From positions 32,001 to 96,000 of the forward strand of contig JANQHR010000020.1 in NCBI GenBank assembly GCA_028282585.1: 64,000 nucleotides of DNA. The letters are read 5' to 3'. Shown piece after piece: positions 9,966-20,215 of this stretch. Position 1 is the stretch's first letter. Every line of letters begins with the position of its first letter. The position numbers and the translations under genes were made by a program. This stretch comes from Bacteroidales bacterium. Lineage in GTDB: Bacteria; Bacteroidota; Bacteroidia; Bacteroidales; UBA12077. A model generated the notes under the pieces. That model saw only the letters and a program-made list of their open reading frames with translations. It was not told the DNA's origin and ran no database searches.

Positions 9966-11834
9966 TTAAACAAACTCACTTAATTTTAACCAACGATCCG
10001 ATTTCTCATCTAAAAGCTTAATGATTTCTCCAACACGATTTGACTTTTCCATTAAACTATCTGTAGAGAGTGTACCACTAGATATTTCATTTTCCAGGCT
10101 AGCTTTTTCGTTTTCCAACTTTGCAATATCTTTTTCCAATTGTTCAAACTCTCTTTTTTCATTAAAGGAAAGTTTTGTTTTAGGCTTTTCCTGTTTTTGT
10201 TTATAAAAAGTGCGGTTTCCTTTTTCTAACTTAGATTTTTGAGATTCTTTTTCTGCCTTATTTACCCATTCTCGATAATGAGAATAATTTCCCGGAAAAT
10301 CTTTAATATCCCCATCTCCCCTAAAAACAAATAAATGGTCAACTACCTGATCCATAAAGAATCTGTCATGCGAAACTATTATTACACATCCATCAAACGT
10401 AGATAGGTATTCTTCTAAAACTCCTAGTGTCATAATATCCAAATCGTTAGTAGGTTCATCCAGAATTAAAAAGTTTGGTTTTCGCATTAGTACCGTTACC
10501 AAATATAACCTCCGTTTCTCTCCTCCGCTCAATTTAGATATAGGCGTATAATGCATATCAAAGGGAAAAAGAAAGAAATTCAAAAATTCCTTCACTCCCA
10601 TTTGTCTCCCATCGCCTAAAGAAACAACTTCTGCTATTTCCTGAACTACATCAATAACTTTTTGATCAGGTTTAAATTGGATCCCTTCTTGCTTATAGTA
10701 TCCAAATACAATGGTTTGTCCAACATCTATTATTCCTGAATCGGGAGATAAGTTCCCTGTTATAAGGTTTAAAAAGGTAGATTTACCTGCACCATTATCT
10801 CCAACAATACCTATTTTCTCACCACGTGTAAAATTGTAATTGAAGTTTTTTAGTGCCACATAATCTCCAAAAGTTTTAGTAAGGTCTTTTATCTCAACTA
10901 TTTTCTTGCCCATTCTAGAAGACTGAACATTAATTTTCATTTCTTCCTCTGTTCGCCCACCTGCAGCAATATCTTTTAACTGATAATAATTATCTATTCT
11001 ATATTTTGCTTTATGACTTCTCGCTTTAGGCATTCTGCGCATCCAATCTTCTTCTTTTCTTAAACTGTTTTTTGCTTTCTCTACTTGAGCCTCTTCGTTA
11101 TGCAAACGTTCCTCTCTTTTTTTCATGAAATAAGAATAATTCCCTTTGTACTGATGTATTTTAGAATTATCCATTTCTATAATCTCATTACAAACCCTAT
11201 CCAGAAAATAACGGTCGTGCGTTACCATTAATAAAGTTGATCTGGTACTTTTAAGATAATTTTCCAACCATTCAATCATTTCCAGATCTAAGTGGTTAGT
11301 AGGTTCATCCAATAATAGTAAATCCGGCTCATCAATTAATATTGAAGCCAAGGCTACTCTTTTCTTTTCTCCACCTGAAAGAGTTGAGATCTGCCGATCA
11401 TATTTATCGATTTTTAGTTTTGATAAGATCTGCTTTACTTTAACCTCGTAATCCCATGCCTGTGAATGCTCCATTTTCTCCATTGCAGAAGTTAAAAGAT
11501 CTTTATTATTTAAACTTATGGCTTTATTATATTCAAGAATTGCATTTTTAATTTCGGAAGAGGAATGAAAAACCTCATCTATAACATTGTTATTTAAATT
11601 CAGCTCTGGGTTTTGTTCTAAAAATCCAATCTTTATATCCTTTCGAAAGGTTATTTTTCCCTTATCCTGATTATCTTTTCCGGCTATAATATTGAGCAGA
11701 GATGTTTTCCCGGTTCCGTTCTTGGCAACCAATGCAACTTTTTGATCTTTATCAATTCCAAATGTAACCCCTTCGAAAAGAACCAAGTCTCCAAAAGATT
11801 TTTTTAATTCCTCAACTTGCAAATAACTTATCAT
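9966..11834 (-). CDS. ABC-F family ATP-binding protein (Uup-like)
   Basis: Two ABC cassettes (NGTGKT and NGAGKST, LSGGEK, LDEPTN), no TM segments, C-terminal coiled coil. Confidence 0.92.
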   Translation of the reverse strand: MISYLQVEELKKSFGDLVLFEGVTFGIDKDQKVALVAKNGTGKTSLLNIIAGKDNQDKGKITFRKDIKIGFLEQNPELNLNNNVIDEVFHSSSEIKNAILEYNKAISLNNKDLLTSAMEKMEHSQAWDYEVKVKQILSKLKIDKYDRQISTLSGGEKKRVALASILIDEPDLLLLDEPTNHLDLEMIEWLENYLKSTRSTLLMVTHDRYFLDRVCNEIIEMDNSKIHQYKGNYSYFMKKREERLHNEEAQVEKAKNSLRKEEDWMRRMPKARSHKAKYRIDNYYQLKDIAAGGRTEEEMKINVQSSRMGKKIVEIKDLTKTFGDYVALKNFNYNFTRGEKIGIVGDNGAGKSTFLNLITGNLSPDSGIIDVGQTIVFGYYKQEGIQFKPDQKVIDVVQEIAEVVSLGDGRQMGVKEFLNFFLFPFDMHYTPISKLSGGEKRRLYLVTVLMRKPNFLILDEPTNDLDIMTLGVLEEYLSTFDGCVIIVSHDRFFMDQVVDHLFVFRGDGDIKDFPGNYSHYREWVNKAEKESQKSKLEKGNRTFYKQKQEKPKTKLSFNEKREFEQLEKDIAKLENEKASLENEISSGTLSTDSLMEKSNRVGEIIKLLDEKSDRWLKLSEFV

Positions 11835-11954
11835 ATATAGGTTTAAATTTATTTATGCAAATGAAGACACTTTAATCAAATTAATAACAAAAAAATATGT
11901 TTATTTTTGTTATTAATTCAATTCGCCAAATTTTTCAATTTTAATTGAGTAGAA

Positions 11955-13916
11955 ATGCTATATATTTTAAAGATTTTAACAATTATTTTCTTTTTTTTTA
12001 ATATTAATAAGTTTTCGCAAATAAACGATACAATTCAGAATTATAAAAAAATTGATTTAATTGATCAAAATCTTGAACTGGTGAAAAAAAACAAAAATCA
12101 CCAAACAGACAGTTTCCTTAATATAGCAAAAAATACACTTTCATTGTCTCAAGAAATTAATTATACTGATGGTATTTTAAAGAGCTATCAGTACATTGCC
12201 GATATTTATAAAATACAAAATGCTAGTGATAGTGCGATTTTATATTATGAAAGGGGACTTGATAAAGCAAAAAATAATAATAACTACGACCAACTTGCCA
12301 TTTATCATTGGAATCTTGCTAATATATACAGAATTACCGGTAATTATGGTCAGGCTTTAAAAAATAGTCTGAATTGTAAAGCACTTGTGGAAAACGGAAA
12401 GACCAAAAACTATAAATTTCAGGTGTACAATTTACTTGCGCTAAGTTATCAAACACTAATGGAATATGAACTTGCATTAGCTAACTATGAAAAATCTGCA
12501 AATTTAGCTCAAGAATATGGAAATGAAGCCTATGCCGGCGTTATATATGCAAACATTGGAAAATTATATTACGACCAGGATAGTTTAGAAAAAGCTTTGG
12601 AGTATTTCGAAAAGGGTATCGAACTTGAAGAAAAACATGGATTATTGGGGAACGTTGGAAATTCATATACAATTGTAGGTAGAATTTACCTAAAGTTAAA
12701 TTTATTGGATTCAGCAAGGTATTATTTAGAAAAAGCTAACGATTACAACGAACAGGCAAAAAATGAGTTGGGTTTAGCAAATACGCTAATTTCAATAAGT
12801 GAATACTTTTATTTAAATAATGATCTCGATATTGCCATGTTACATATTGAAGAATCCATTAAAATTGCACAAAAACTAAACTTAAGTGCTATATTAAAGA
12901 AAGCATATCTTTTAAAGTCTAGAATTTATGCAAAACAAAAGAACTATGAAAAAGCTTATTTTAACTTTATGAGTTTTTTTGAAATACATAGTTCAATGTA
13001 TGATGTAGAAAAGATAAACCAGGCAAAAGCTATCGAGCAAAAATTAATTCAACAGGAAAAAGAAAATGAATTGGTAGAATTGGAACTAGAAAAACATAGA
13101 ACAATAAATACGTTATTAATACTTTTAATAACATTTATAGTAATAGTAGGAATTATTATTCTGCTTTACTTATTTAGGTTCAGAAAACTAAATATGGATC
13201 TCAAAATATCAAAAGAAAAAGCTGAGGAATCTGATAAACTAAAAAGTAGATTCTTACAGACCATTTCCCATGAAATTCGAACACCCTTAAATGGTATTAT
13301 CGGTTTTTCTGAAATGATGCGTACAAATAGTATCAGTAATGATGAGATGAACCAAATTAATGATATGATAAATAAAAATAGCGATGACCTCATATCTACA
13401 ATTGAAAATTTTGTTGACATTGCTCATTTATCAACAAATCAGTATGAAATTAGAAAATCTAATTTTTATTTGATTCCATTATTAGAAAGTATTATAAGCC
13501 TTGCCGAGGAAAATGTAATATATAGAAATAAAGTAAATCTTGAATTAAAACTTAAAAAAAGTATTGATGTAGAATTATATACTGACAAAAACATTATTCA
13601 AAAAATTATATTGCATTTAGTAAAAAATGCCATTTTATATACTGAAACAGGCTCAGTTACTGTTGGCTATAAAAAAGAAAAGTCAAACATTATACTATTT
13701 GTAAAAGATACTGGTATTGGAATTTCTAAAGAAAAGATCGACATAATCTTTTCTCCTTTCCAGCAAGCAGATGAAATGATTAACATTAAAGTTGGAGGAA
13801 CCGGGTTAGGACTTACAATTGTTAATGGTTTAATCCAAATACTCGGAGGTAAAATTTGGGTGGGTTCTGAATTAAAAAAGGGTAGTACATTTTATATATC
13901 GCTTCCATTAAATTAA
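11955..13916 (+). CDS. TPR-containing membrane sensor histidine kinase
   Basis: Extracytoplasmic TPRs, a TM helix, H-box SHEIRTPLNGI, then DTGIG and GGTGLGL. Confidence 0.9.
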   Translation: MLYILKILTIIFFFFNINKFSQINDTIQNYKKIDLIDQNLELVKKNKNHQTDSFLNIAKNTLSLSQEINYTDGILKSYQYIADIYKIQNASDSAILYYERGLDKAKNNNNYDQLAIYHWNLANIYRITGNYGQALKNSLNCKALVENGKTKNYKFQVYNLLALSYQTLMEYELALANYEKSANLAQEYGNEAYAGVIYANIGKLYYDQDSLEKALEYFEKGIELEEKHGLLGNVGNSYTIVGRIYLKLNLLDSARYYLEKANDYNEQAKNELGLANTLISISEYFYLNNDLDIAMLHIEESIKIAQKLNLSAILKKAYLLKSRIYAKQKNYEKAYFNFMSFFEIHSSMYDVEKINQAKAIEQKLIQQEKENELVELELEKHRTINTLLILLITFIVIVGIIILLYLFRFRKLNMDLKISKEKAEESDKLKSRFLQTISHEIRTPLNGIIGFSEMMRTNSISNDEMNQINDMINKNSDDLISTIENFVDIAHLSTNQYEIRKSNFYLIPLLESIISLAEENVIYRNKVNLELKLKKSIDVELYTDKNIIQKIILHLVKNAILYTETGSVTVGYKKEKSNIILFVKDTGIGISKEKIDIIFSPFQQADEMINIKVGGTGLGLTIVNGLIQILGGKIWVGSELKKGSTFYISLPLN

Positions 13917-13920
13917 TTTT

Positions 13921-13928
13921 TATTTTTG
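13921..13928 (+). promoter_or_regulatory. Bacteroidota housekeeping -7 element upstream of nth
   Basis: TATTTTTG matches TAnnTTTG, 22 nt before the ATG. Confidence 0.45.
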
Positions 13929-13950
13929 ATCTTTATTTAAATGCTTCTTT

Positions 13951-14595
13951 ATGACTAAAAAAGAACGATTCGAATATATTATAGAATATTTCAAAAAGGA
14001 GAAACCTATAGCCGAAACCGAATTAGATTACGGAACTCCCTTCGAGCTTTTAGTAGCTGTTATTTTAAGCGCTCAATGTACCGATAAAAGAGTAAACATG
14101 ATTACTCCTGCCCTTTTGGAAAGATTCCCGACCGCATATGAAATGTCTCATGCTTCGATTGATGAAGTATTCGAATATATCAAATCGTGCTCTTATCCTA
14201 ATAACAAAGCTAAACATTTGGTAGGTATGTCTAAAATGTTAGTAGAAGATTTTAAAGAAGTTGTTCCGGATGATATTAATGAATTACAAAAGTTACCAGG
14301 CGTTGGTCGGAAAACAGCAAACGTAATAGCATCGGTGGTATATAACAAACCAACTTTAGCTGTTGATACGCATGTACATAGAGTTTCTGCGCGAATTGGA
14401 CTTACAACCAATGCAAAAACTCCATTTGAAACAGAAAAACAACTTATAAAATATATTCCGGAAGACTTAATTCCAATCGCTCACCATTGGCTTATTCTGC
14501 ATGGACGATACATTTGCATTGCGCGTAAACCTAAATGCGAAAGTTGCGGTATTAGAAAATATTGTAAATATTATAATAAAATAAAGAAGGCTTAA
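13951..14595 (+). CDS. nth: Endonuclease III
   Basis: LSAQCTD, HhH motif LPGVGRKTA, VDTHV and the 4Fe-4S motif C-x6-C-x2-C-x5-C. Confidence 0.96.
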   Translation: MTKKERFEYIIEYFKKEKPIAETELDYGTPFELLVAVILSAQCTDKRVNMITPALLERFPTAYEMSHASIDEVFEYIKSCSYPNNKAKHLVGMSKMLVEDFKEVVPDDINELQKLPGVGRKTANVIASVVYNKPTLAVDTHVHRVSARIGLTTNAKTPFETEKQLIKYIPEDLIPIAHHWLILHGRYICIARKPKCESCGIRKYCKYYNKIKKA

Positions 14596-15149
14596 TTCCA
14601 GTTAAATACAATCTCTGTTGCGGAATCATTCTTAGTTAGAGTTTTTTGTATTGTGTAGGTTACTCTCTTGCAGTTTGCCAATTCAAGGGCTCTTTGATAC
14701 CATGAGCCTATTCTGTGTTCAAGAGCCTCATTCATTTTATCAAACCTTAAAATAGTTAGAACAACCGATTTATTTCCATTCTCTGCAACATTAATTTTGC
14801 ATGGCTTGTAAAAGGTTTTCATAATTTTACTGGCACGTCTCATTAAAAACTGAGGTGAGGCCACCAATAAAAATACTTTATATACACCCTTTAAGGCATA
14901 ATCTGCACTAAACCTACCTATGGCTTTTCCACCTTCAACGGAGTTACCTTTATAAAACATTGAAATAATATTTTCTAATGGCTGAATATAAGCTTCTTGA
15001 ATTGGGAACCAACCGGTAAACTCTACATTAAAAGTATATAGTTCCTTCGATTTTAGCGGCAAATTTTCAATCCAAGTACTGTATTCCGATTCAAAATGCG
15101 ATTTTACAAACTCCTTAGTTGTTTTAATTCCTGTACCTTTTACTTGCAT
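14592..15149 (-). CDS. Hypothetical protein, H-NOX/V4R-like (DUF2378-like) small-ligand-binding fold
   Basis: Likely start MQVKG at 15149. The pattern VKG...W(F/Y)P...GRFSA...GVYKVFL..ASP is recalled from this family, not searched. Confidence 0.5.
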   Translation of the reverse strand: MQVKGTGIKTTKEFVKSHFESEYSTWIENLPLKSKELYTFNVEFTGWFPIQEAYIQPLENIISMFYKGNSVEGGKAIGRFSADYALKGVYKVFLLVASPQFLMRRASKIMKTFYKPCKINVAENGNKSVVLTILRFDKMNEALEHRIGSWYQRALELANCKRVTYTIQKTLTKNDSATEIVFNWN

Positions 15150-15211
15150 AAGTAGATATTTATGGAGTTTAACATAAAGATATTTACTTATACACATTTT
15201 AACAACTAAAA

Positions 15212-17614
15212 TCATTCATATTTTAATACATCCGCTGGTTTGGTATTAGAAACTTTGATTGATTGATATAGAATTGTTATAAGAGTTATAATTAAAAGAA
15301 TAATTCCTGAAACCAAGAAAATAAATAAGCTTAGGTCAATTTTATATGCAAAATTATTCAGCCAACCTTTCATAAAATAATACGCAGCCGGCCAGGCAAA
15401 AACACATGCTATAATTACCAGTTTAAAAAACCGTTTAGTAACAAGAAAAATAATCGAAAAAACCGAAGACCCCAATGCTTTTCGAATCCCTATTTCCTTT
15501 GTTCTTTGAACCATCATGTAAGAAACTAACCCATACAATCCTAAACAAGCTATAACAACGGCAATAAGGGTAAAAGTTTTTATAATCTGAGATGTCCTTT
15601 GTTCATTACTATATCGATTCTGAATTGAGTCTTCCAGTATTTCAGAAGAATATATATATTCAGGGTAAATCTGGTTCCAACAATCCTTAATAAAGCTATT
15701 TAATTCAGAATAAGGTTTTCCATTAGACCTAACGTGCACCTGGGAGAAAAAATCCTCATATGGTAAAAATATCACAGGTGGAATTTCTCTATGCAAGGTA
15801 TAAGTATGAAAGTCTTCTACTACTCCGGAAATCCTTCCATACACCGAGCCAAAAATGTATAAATATTGGTCAATAGCATCAAATGGCCGTTCTATTCCAA
15901 TTTTTTTCACCAGATTCTTGTTTACAACAATATTATAAACAGTGTCATTTAAGCTTGCTGTACTATACCAATCTCCTGCAACTAGTTTTAAATCATATAA
16001 CTTAAAATAACTGGTATCAACAGTTTTAATATTTGCATGAAAATTTGTTTCATAGTCTTCAATTCGTTGAAAGCTGGATGTAATATTAGAACCCGAAAGC
16101 GGAGCTCCAATTCCCGTTGAAACATTTCTAATTTCAGGATTACTCTTTAATAAACTAATAAAGGCATTAGCTTTTGATGCCTTAAAACCAGGCAAATCAA
16201 TCATTACGACGTTTTCTCTTTGAAATCCCATATCTTTGTTTCTTAAATAATCAATCTGAAGTGATATTACTAAAGAGCTTACTATTAAAATTTGAGAAAT
16301 AAAGAATTGTAAAAAAACCAATAAATTATACAATGATACAGATTTGGCTCTACCTAATTTCATATTATATCTTAGTGCCCTAATCGGATTGTATTTAGAA
16401 AGAACCATAGCCGGGTAAATGCCTGATAAAAAGGTTAATAAAACTAATACCATTAATAGAAATATAACAACAGAGAAATTACCATACATTTTCAACTCTG
16501 AACTACTTCCTAAAAAAGCGTTTATTTTATCTAAAACAACTTCGGTAAGAATTACTGAAACTACCTCTGCGATCAATATAATAAGAAAAGTTTCTCCTAA
16601 AAACTGTTTAATCAGCGTTAATCTGTTTGCGCCAAGAACTTTTCTTATTCCAACCTCCTTTGCCCTTTTAATTGTTTGTACTATCGAGAGGTTTGTAAAA
16701 TTTATAAATGCAATTAATAGGATAAACAATCCAACACTAACAAAAATCATTAACAGCTTTTTACTTGTAATATATGATCCATAAAAACTATTAAATCTAT
16801 CATCATAATGAATTTCACTTAATGGTTGTAACAAGTAAAATTCTATTTGTTCACCACCATCTTCATTCGGATTATGCCTTTCAAAAATCTCTTGTATCTT
16901 AAGCTCCATATCAGCTGCTTTTATACCTTCTTTCAATGTTATATAGGTACCAAAACCGGAAGAACGAGTACCCCAATTATCATATCCAAAATCAAAATAA
17001 TCTTCTTTTAAATTGTTAATAGATAACATTAAACGATACCTTATATGCGTGGTTTTAGGTGGATTTTTGATAATACCGTTTACGTTTAAACTAATAGAAT
17101 CATGTATTACAATCTCCTTATTTAGAGCCTCCTCATTAGATCCAAAAAACTTTTTTGCAATATCTTCAGTTATAAAAATGGTATTAGGATTATGTAAATC
17201 TTCAGGGTTACCAATAACAAATTCAACATCAAACACTTCGATAAAAGATGAGTCAACAAATAATACTCCATTTTCTAAATATTTATCGTTTTCTACCCTT
17301 AGCAAACTTTCATCTTGGAAATAAATCTGAGTAACATGATTGTGTCCGGTAAGTTCCGCTTTTAAAACACCACTTAGTGGATATGGAACTGTTTCATCCC
17401 AACTTTCCTCTCCATTTTGAATTTGTTTACTTATCGCTCTATATATTGAACCGTAATTGCTATGATGCTTATCAAACTTTAGTTCATTTGAAACAAATAG
17501 AAATATTATTAATACACAAGTAAGTGCTAAGGATAAACCAAAAATGTTAATAATTGAAAATACTTTGTTACGCGTAAGTATTCGAAATGCTATTTTAAAA
17601 TAATTTTTTATCAT
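15212..17614 (-). CDS. MacB/FtsX-type ABC transporter permease (duplicated architecture)
   Basis: MIKNYFKIAFR, INFTNLS..RAKEVGIRKVLGA, RTKEIGIRKALG and C-terminal PADVLKYE. Confidence 0.93.
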   Translation of the reverse strand: MIKNYFKIAFRILTRNKVFSIINIFGLSLALTCVLIIFLFVSNELKFDKHHSNYGSIYRAISKQIQNGEESWDETVPYPLSGVLKAELTGHNHVTQIYFQDESLLRVENDKYLENGVLFVDSSFIEVFDVEFVIGNPEDLHNPNTIFITEDIAKKFFGSNEEALNKEIVIHDSISLNVNGIIKNPPKTTHIRYRLMLSINNLKEDYFDFGYDNWGTRSSGFGTYITLKEGIKAADMELKIQEIFERHNPNEDGGEQIEFYLLQPLSEIHYDDRFNSFYGSYITSKKLLMIFVSVGLFILLIAFINFTNLSIVQTIKRAKEVGIRKVLGANRLTLIKQFLGETFLIILIAEVVSVILTEVVLDKINAFLGSSSELKMYGNFSVVIFLLMVLVLLTFLSGIYPAMVLSKYNPIRALRYNMKLGRAKSVSLYNLLVFLQFFISQILIVSSLVISLQIDYLRNKDMGFQRENVVMIDLPGFKASKANAFISLLKSNPEIRNVSTGIGAPLSGSNITSSFQRIEDYETNFHANIKTVDTSYFKLYDLKLVAGDWYSTASLNDTVYNIVVNKNLVKKIGIERPFDAIDQYLYIFGSVYGRISGVVEDFHTYTLHREIPPVIFLPYEDFFSQVHVRSNGKPYSELNSFIKDCWNQIYPEYIYSSEILEDSIQNRYSNEQRTSQIIKTFTLIAVVIACLGLYGLVSYMMVQRTKEIGIRKALGSSVFSIIFLVTKRFFKLVIIACVFAWPAAYYFMKGWLNNFAYKIDLSLFIFLVSGIILLIITLITILYQSIKVSNTKPADVLKYE

Positions 17615-17630
17615 GATTCTTAATGATTAT

Positions 17631-20006
17631 TTATTCGTATCGTAATGATTCTGCCGGATTGGTATTAGCAACTTTCATCGACTGAAAATACACTGTAATT
17701 AAAGCAATTAACCAGGATATTAATAAGGTGAAAATAAAAATACTAGGGCGAATTTCAATTCTATATTCAAAATCTCGTAACCATCTTTCAACAAACCACC
17801 AGCTTATCGGAATTGCAATTATGTTGGCTATAAATACCCAAACAGTAAAAGACTTAAGAAAGTCAAAAACAATATTCAAACTGGTTGATCCAAAAACCTT
17901 TTTAACTGCCACTTCTTTTGTTTTTTTCTTTACTATAATTGATGAAATTGCAAACAATCCCATGCTAGCAATTAAAATCGAAAGGATCGTAAATACGGCC
18001 ATTAATTTAAATAACCTTTCCTCAGATTCATATTGCTCTTGAAACTGTTGATCAAGAAAATAATATTCAAAATTACGAGATGCATCAACTTCTTTCCATT
18101 TCTTTTCCATGTATTTTAAAACCTCAGGAATATTTTTTCCACTAATACTTACGGTTAGATAATTGTGTATCCCATTACTTGATGGTCTGAAAGAATGAAT
18201 GATCGGTCCAACATTATCAGCTACCGAAAGAAAGTGATAGTTATTAACTACTCCAATAATTTTATATTCCTCCTTACCACCAAAGCTAATTGTTTTACCT
18301 ATAGGATCATCCCAACCAACTTGATTTAAAGCAGCCTTGTTTATAATTAAGGATTCTTCAATATCTGTAGGTAAATTTTCATCAAAATTTCTTCCATAAA
18401 TAAAATTAATATCAAATTCTTCGAAATATTTATCATCAATATAACATACTCGCATTCTCAAACGATCGCTTCGCTCCCAACCTTCGGGATAAACAAATGT
18501 GAACCACCAGGGCCAATTACCTGGCACGTGTGTAGAACTGCTGGCTGAAGAAACATCAGGGTTTTTCTTTAACTCTTGGCGAAATACTCCAATTTTTGTT
18601 AATGCATCATCCGAATCTTCAAAAAATTCCATATCAATGGGTATTATAACCTTATTCTCTTGTTCAAAACCTAAATCAGCATTTTTCATTAGTTTTATTT
18701 GATTCCACATAAAAATGGTACCTGAAATAAGTAATACAGAAATAGTAAACTGAAAAATAACCAAAAAACGCTGTACAACTCCTCCAGATTCTCCTTTGTT
18801 CATTTCACCCTGCAGTGCCTTTATTGGTCTTAAAGTAGCAATTGAATATGCGGGATAAACTCCTGATAATAGTCCGACAATTATTGCAAAAGGAATTAGG
18901 CCAATTAATATAAATAAATTTCTTTCCTGGTATAAACCAATATTTGCATCATACATTCTATTAATAATTGGTAATACTATTTCGGAAAATATTACACCTA
19001 AGATTAGCGCAGTTAAACTAACAATAACCGATTCAAAGATTAATTGCTTGAACAATTGCCCTTTTGAAGAGCCAATAGCTTTTCGTAAACCGGTTTCTCT
19101 AATTCGCTCCATAGATGAAGCTGTTTTTAAATTAGTAAAATTTAAGGCAGCAATCAATAAAATTGCAATAGCCACTCCTATAAGTATATAGGCATATTTA
19201 TCCCGTCCAGTAATTTCATTATGTAACTCAGTAAGAGGGGTCAACCTTAATTTCATGGTTTGATTTAACTCTTCATTCCAAATAGTTGTAATAAAAGCAG
19301 GAAATTTACTTTCTGTTTCGTTTGGTGTAATCGATTCATCTAATTCGATATAAGTATACAAAAATGAACCTCCCCAATCGTCTTTAAATTCTTCATAAGA
19401 TGGAACACTACTCAGAGGAATTACAATTTCCATGTACAAAGTACTGTTATCAGGTATATTTTTTATGATACCTTTTACGGTATAAGTTTTTCCATAATCA
19501 ATTCTAATTGTTTTACCCAGAGGATTACTATTTCCAAAAAGCTTAATTGCTTTATCTTCACTAAGGAATAAAGCATTTTGATCTGTAAAAATATCTTGAG
19601 GATCACCACTTTGTAAAGGAAATGTAAACATTGAGAATAAAGCAGGATCCGTATATGTTATTGCTTCTTCCAATTTATTTTCACCTACCTCAATAATTCC
19701 TACTCTATTATAATACCTAGTTGCATTTTTTATCTCAGGAATCTGCCTTAATAAAGCTTCAGCCATGGGAGTCCATGTATCACGCGTTATTTGCATTCCA
19801 CTTGGCAAATGTCTTTCTTTGTAAACCATAAAAATGTTATCGGCTTTTTCGTGGAATTTATCATATGACAGCTCATACCTGGCATATAAGATAAGTACAA
19901 TGCACGCACCCATCCCAATGGATAATCCGAGGAAATTTATTATGGATTGTGTTTTTCTTCTCAATAAGTGCCTAAATGATAACTTCAAATAGTTTTTAAA
20001 CATCAT
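17631..20006 (-). CDS. MacB/FtsX-type ABC transporter permease (duplicated architecture)
   Basis: MFKNYLKLSFR, LNFTNL..RIRETGLRKAIG and NPAESLRYE. The true start may be the second ATG at 20003. Confidence 0.93.
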   Translation of the reverse strand: MMFKNYLKLSFRHLLRRKTQSIINFLGLSIGMGACIVLILYARYELSYDKFHEKADNIFMVYKERHLPSGMQITRDTWTPMAEALLRQIPEIKNATRYYNRVGIIEVGENKLEEAITYTDPALFSMFTFPLQSGDPQDIFTDQNALFLSEDKAIKLFGNSNPLGKTIRIDYGKTYTVKGIIKNIPDNSTLYMEIVIPLSSVPSYEEFKDDWGGSFLYTYIELDESITPNETESKFPAFITTIWNEELNQTMKLRLTPLTELHNEITGRDKYAYILIGVAIAILLIAALNFTNLKTASSMERIRETGLRKAIGSSKGQLFKQLIFESVIVSLTALILGVIFSEIVLPIINRMYDANIGLYQERNLFILIGLIPFAIIVGLLSGVYPAYSIATLRPIKALQGEMNKGESGGVVQRFLVIFQFTISVLLISGTIFMWNQIKLMKNADLGFEQENKVIIPIDMEFFEDSDDALTKIGVFRQELKKNPDVSSASSSTHVPGNWPWWFTFVYPEGWERSDRLRMRVCYIDDKYFEEFDINFIYGRNFDENLPTDIEESLIINKAALNQVGWDDPIGKTISFGGKEEYKIIGVVNNYHFLSVADNVGPIIHSFRPSSNGIHNYLTVSISGKNIPEVLKYMEKKWKEVDASRNFEYYFLDQQFQEQYESEERLFKLMAVFTILSILIASMGLFAISSIIVKKKTKEVAVKKVFGSTSLNIVFDFLKSFTVWVFIANIIAIPISWWFVERWLRDFEYRIEIRPSIFIFTLLISWLIALITVYFQSMKVANTNPAESLRYE

Positions 20007-20046
20007 ACTCTCCTTTCCTTATTTATTATACACGTGTTCCTATTAG

Positions 20047-20061
20047 CCAATTCTTATACCA
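20047..20061 (-). promoter_or_regulatory. Putative sigma-54 (-24/-12) promoter for the permease operon
   Basis: TGGTAT-AAGAA-TTGG against consensus TGGCAC-N5-TTGC, 40 nt before the start and next to a divergent NtrC-type activator. Confidence 0.6.
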
Positions 20062-20126
20062 TAAACATTAAAGTACTATAAAACAGAATCTTAAAGTCAA
20101 CACAACAAAATTGCATACATCAAAAT

Positions 20127-20165
20127 TGTTCCTGATTGAAACATTATGTGTTCCATAGTGAAACA
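20127..20165. promoter_or_regulatory. Two tandem enhancer (UAS) boxes TGTTCC-N5-GAAACA
   Basis: TGTTCCTGATTGAAACA (20127-20143) and TGTTCCATAGTGAAACA (20149-20165) are near-palindromic with a 22-bp period. Confidence 0.65.
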
Positions 20166-20215
20166 TAGCAAATCATTTTTTGTACATTTACATTTCTAAT
20201 TTAACCGATTTTATA

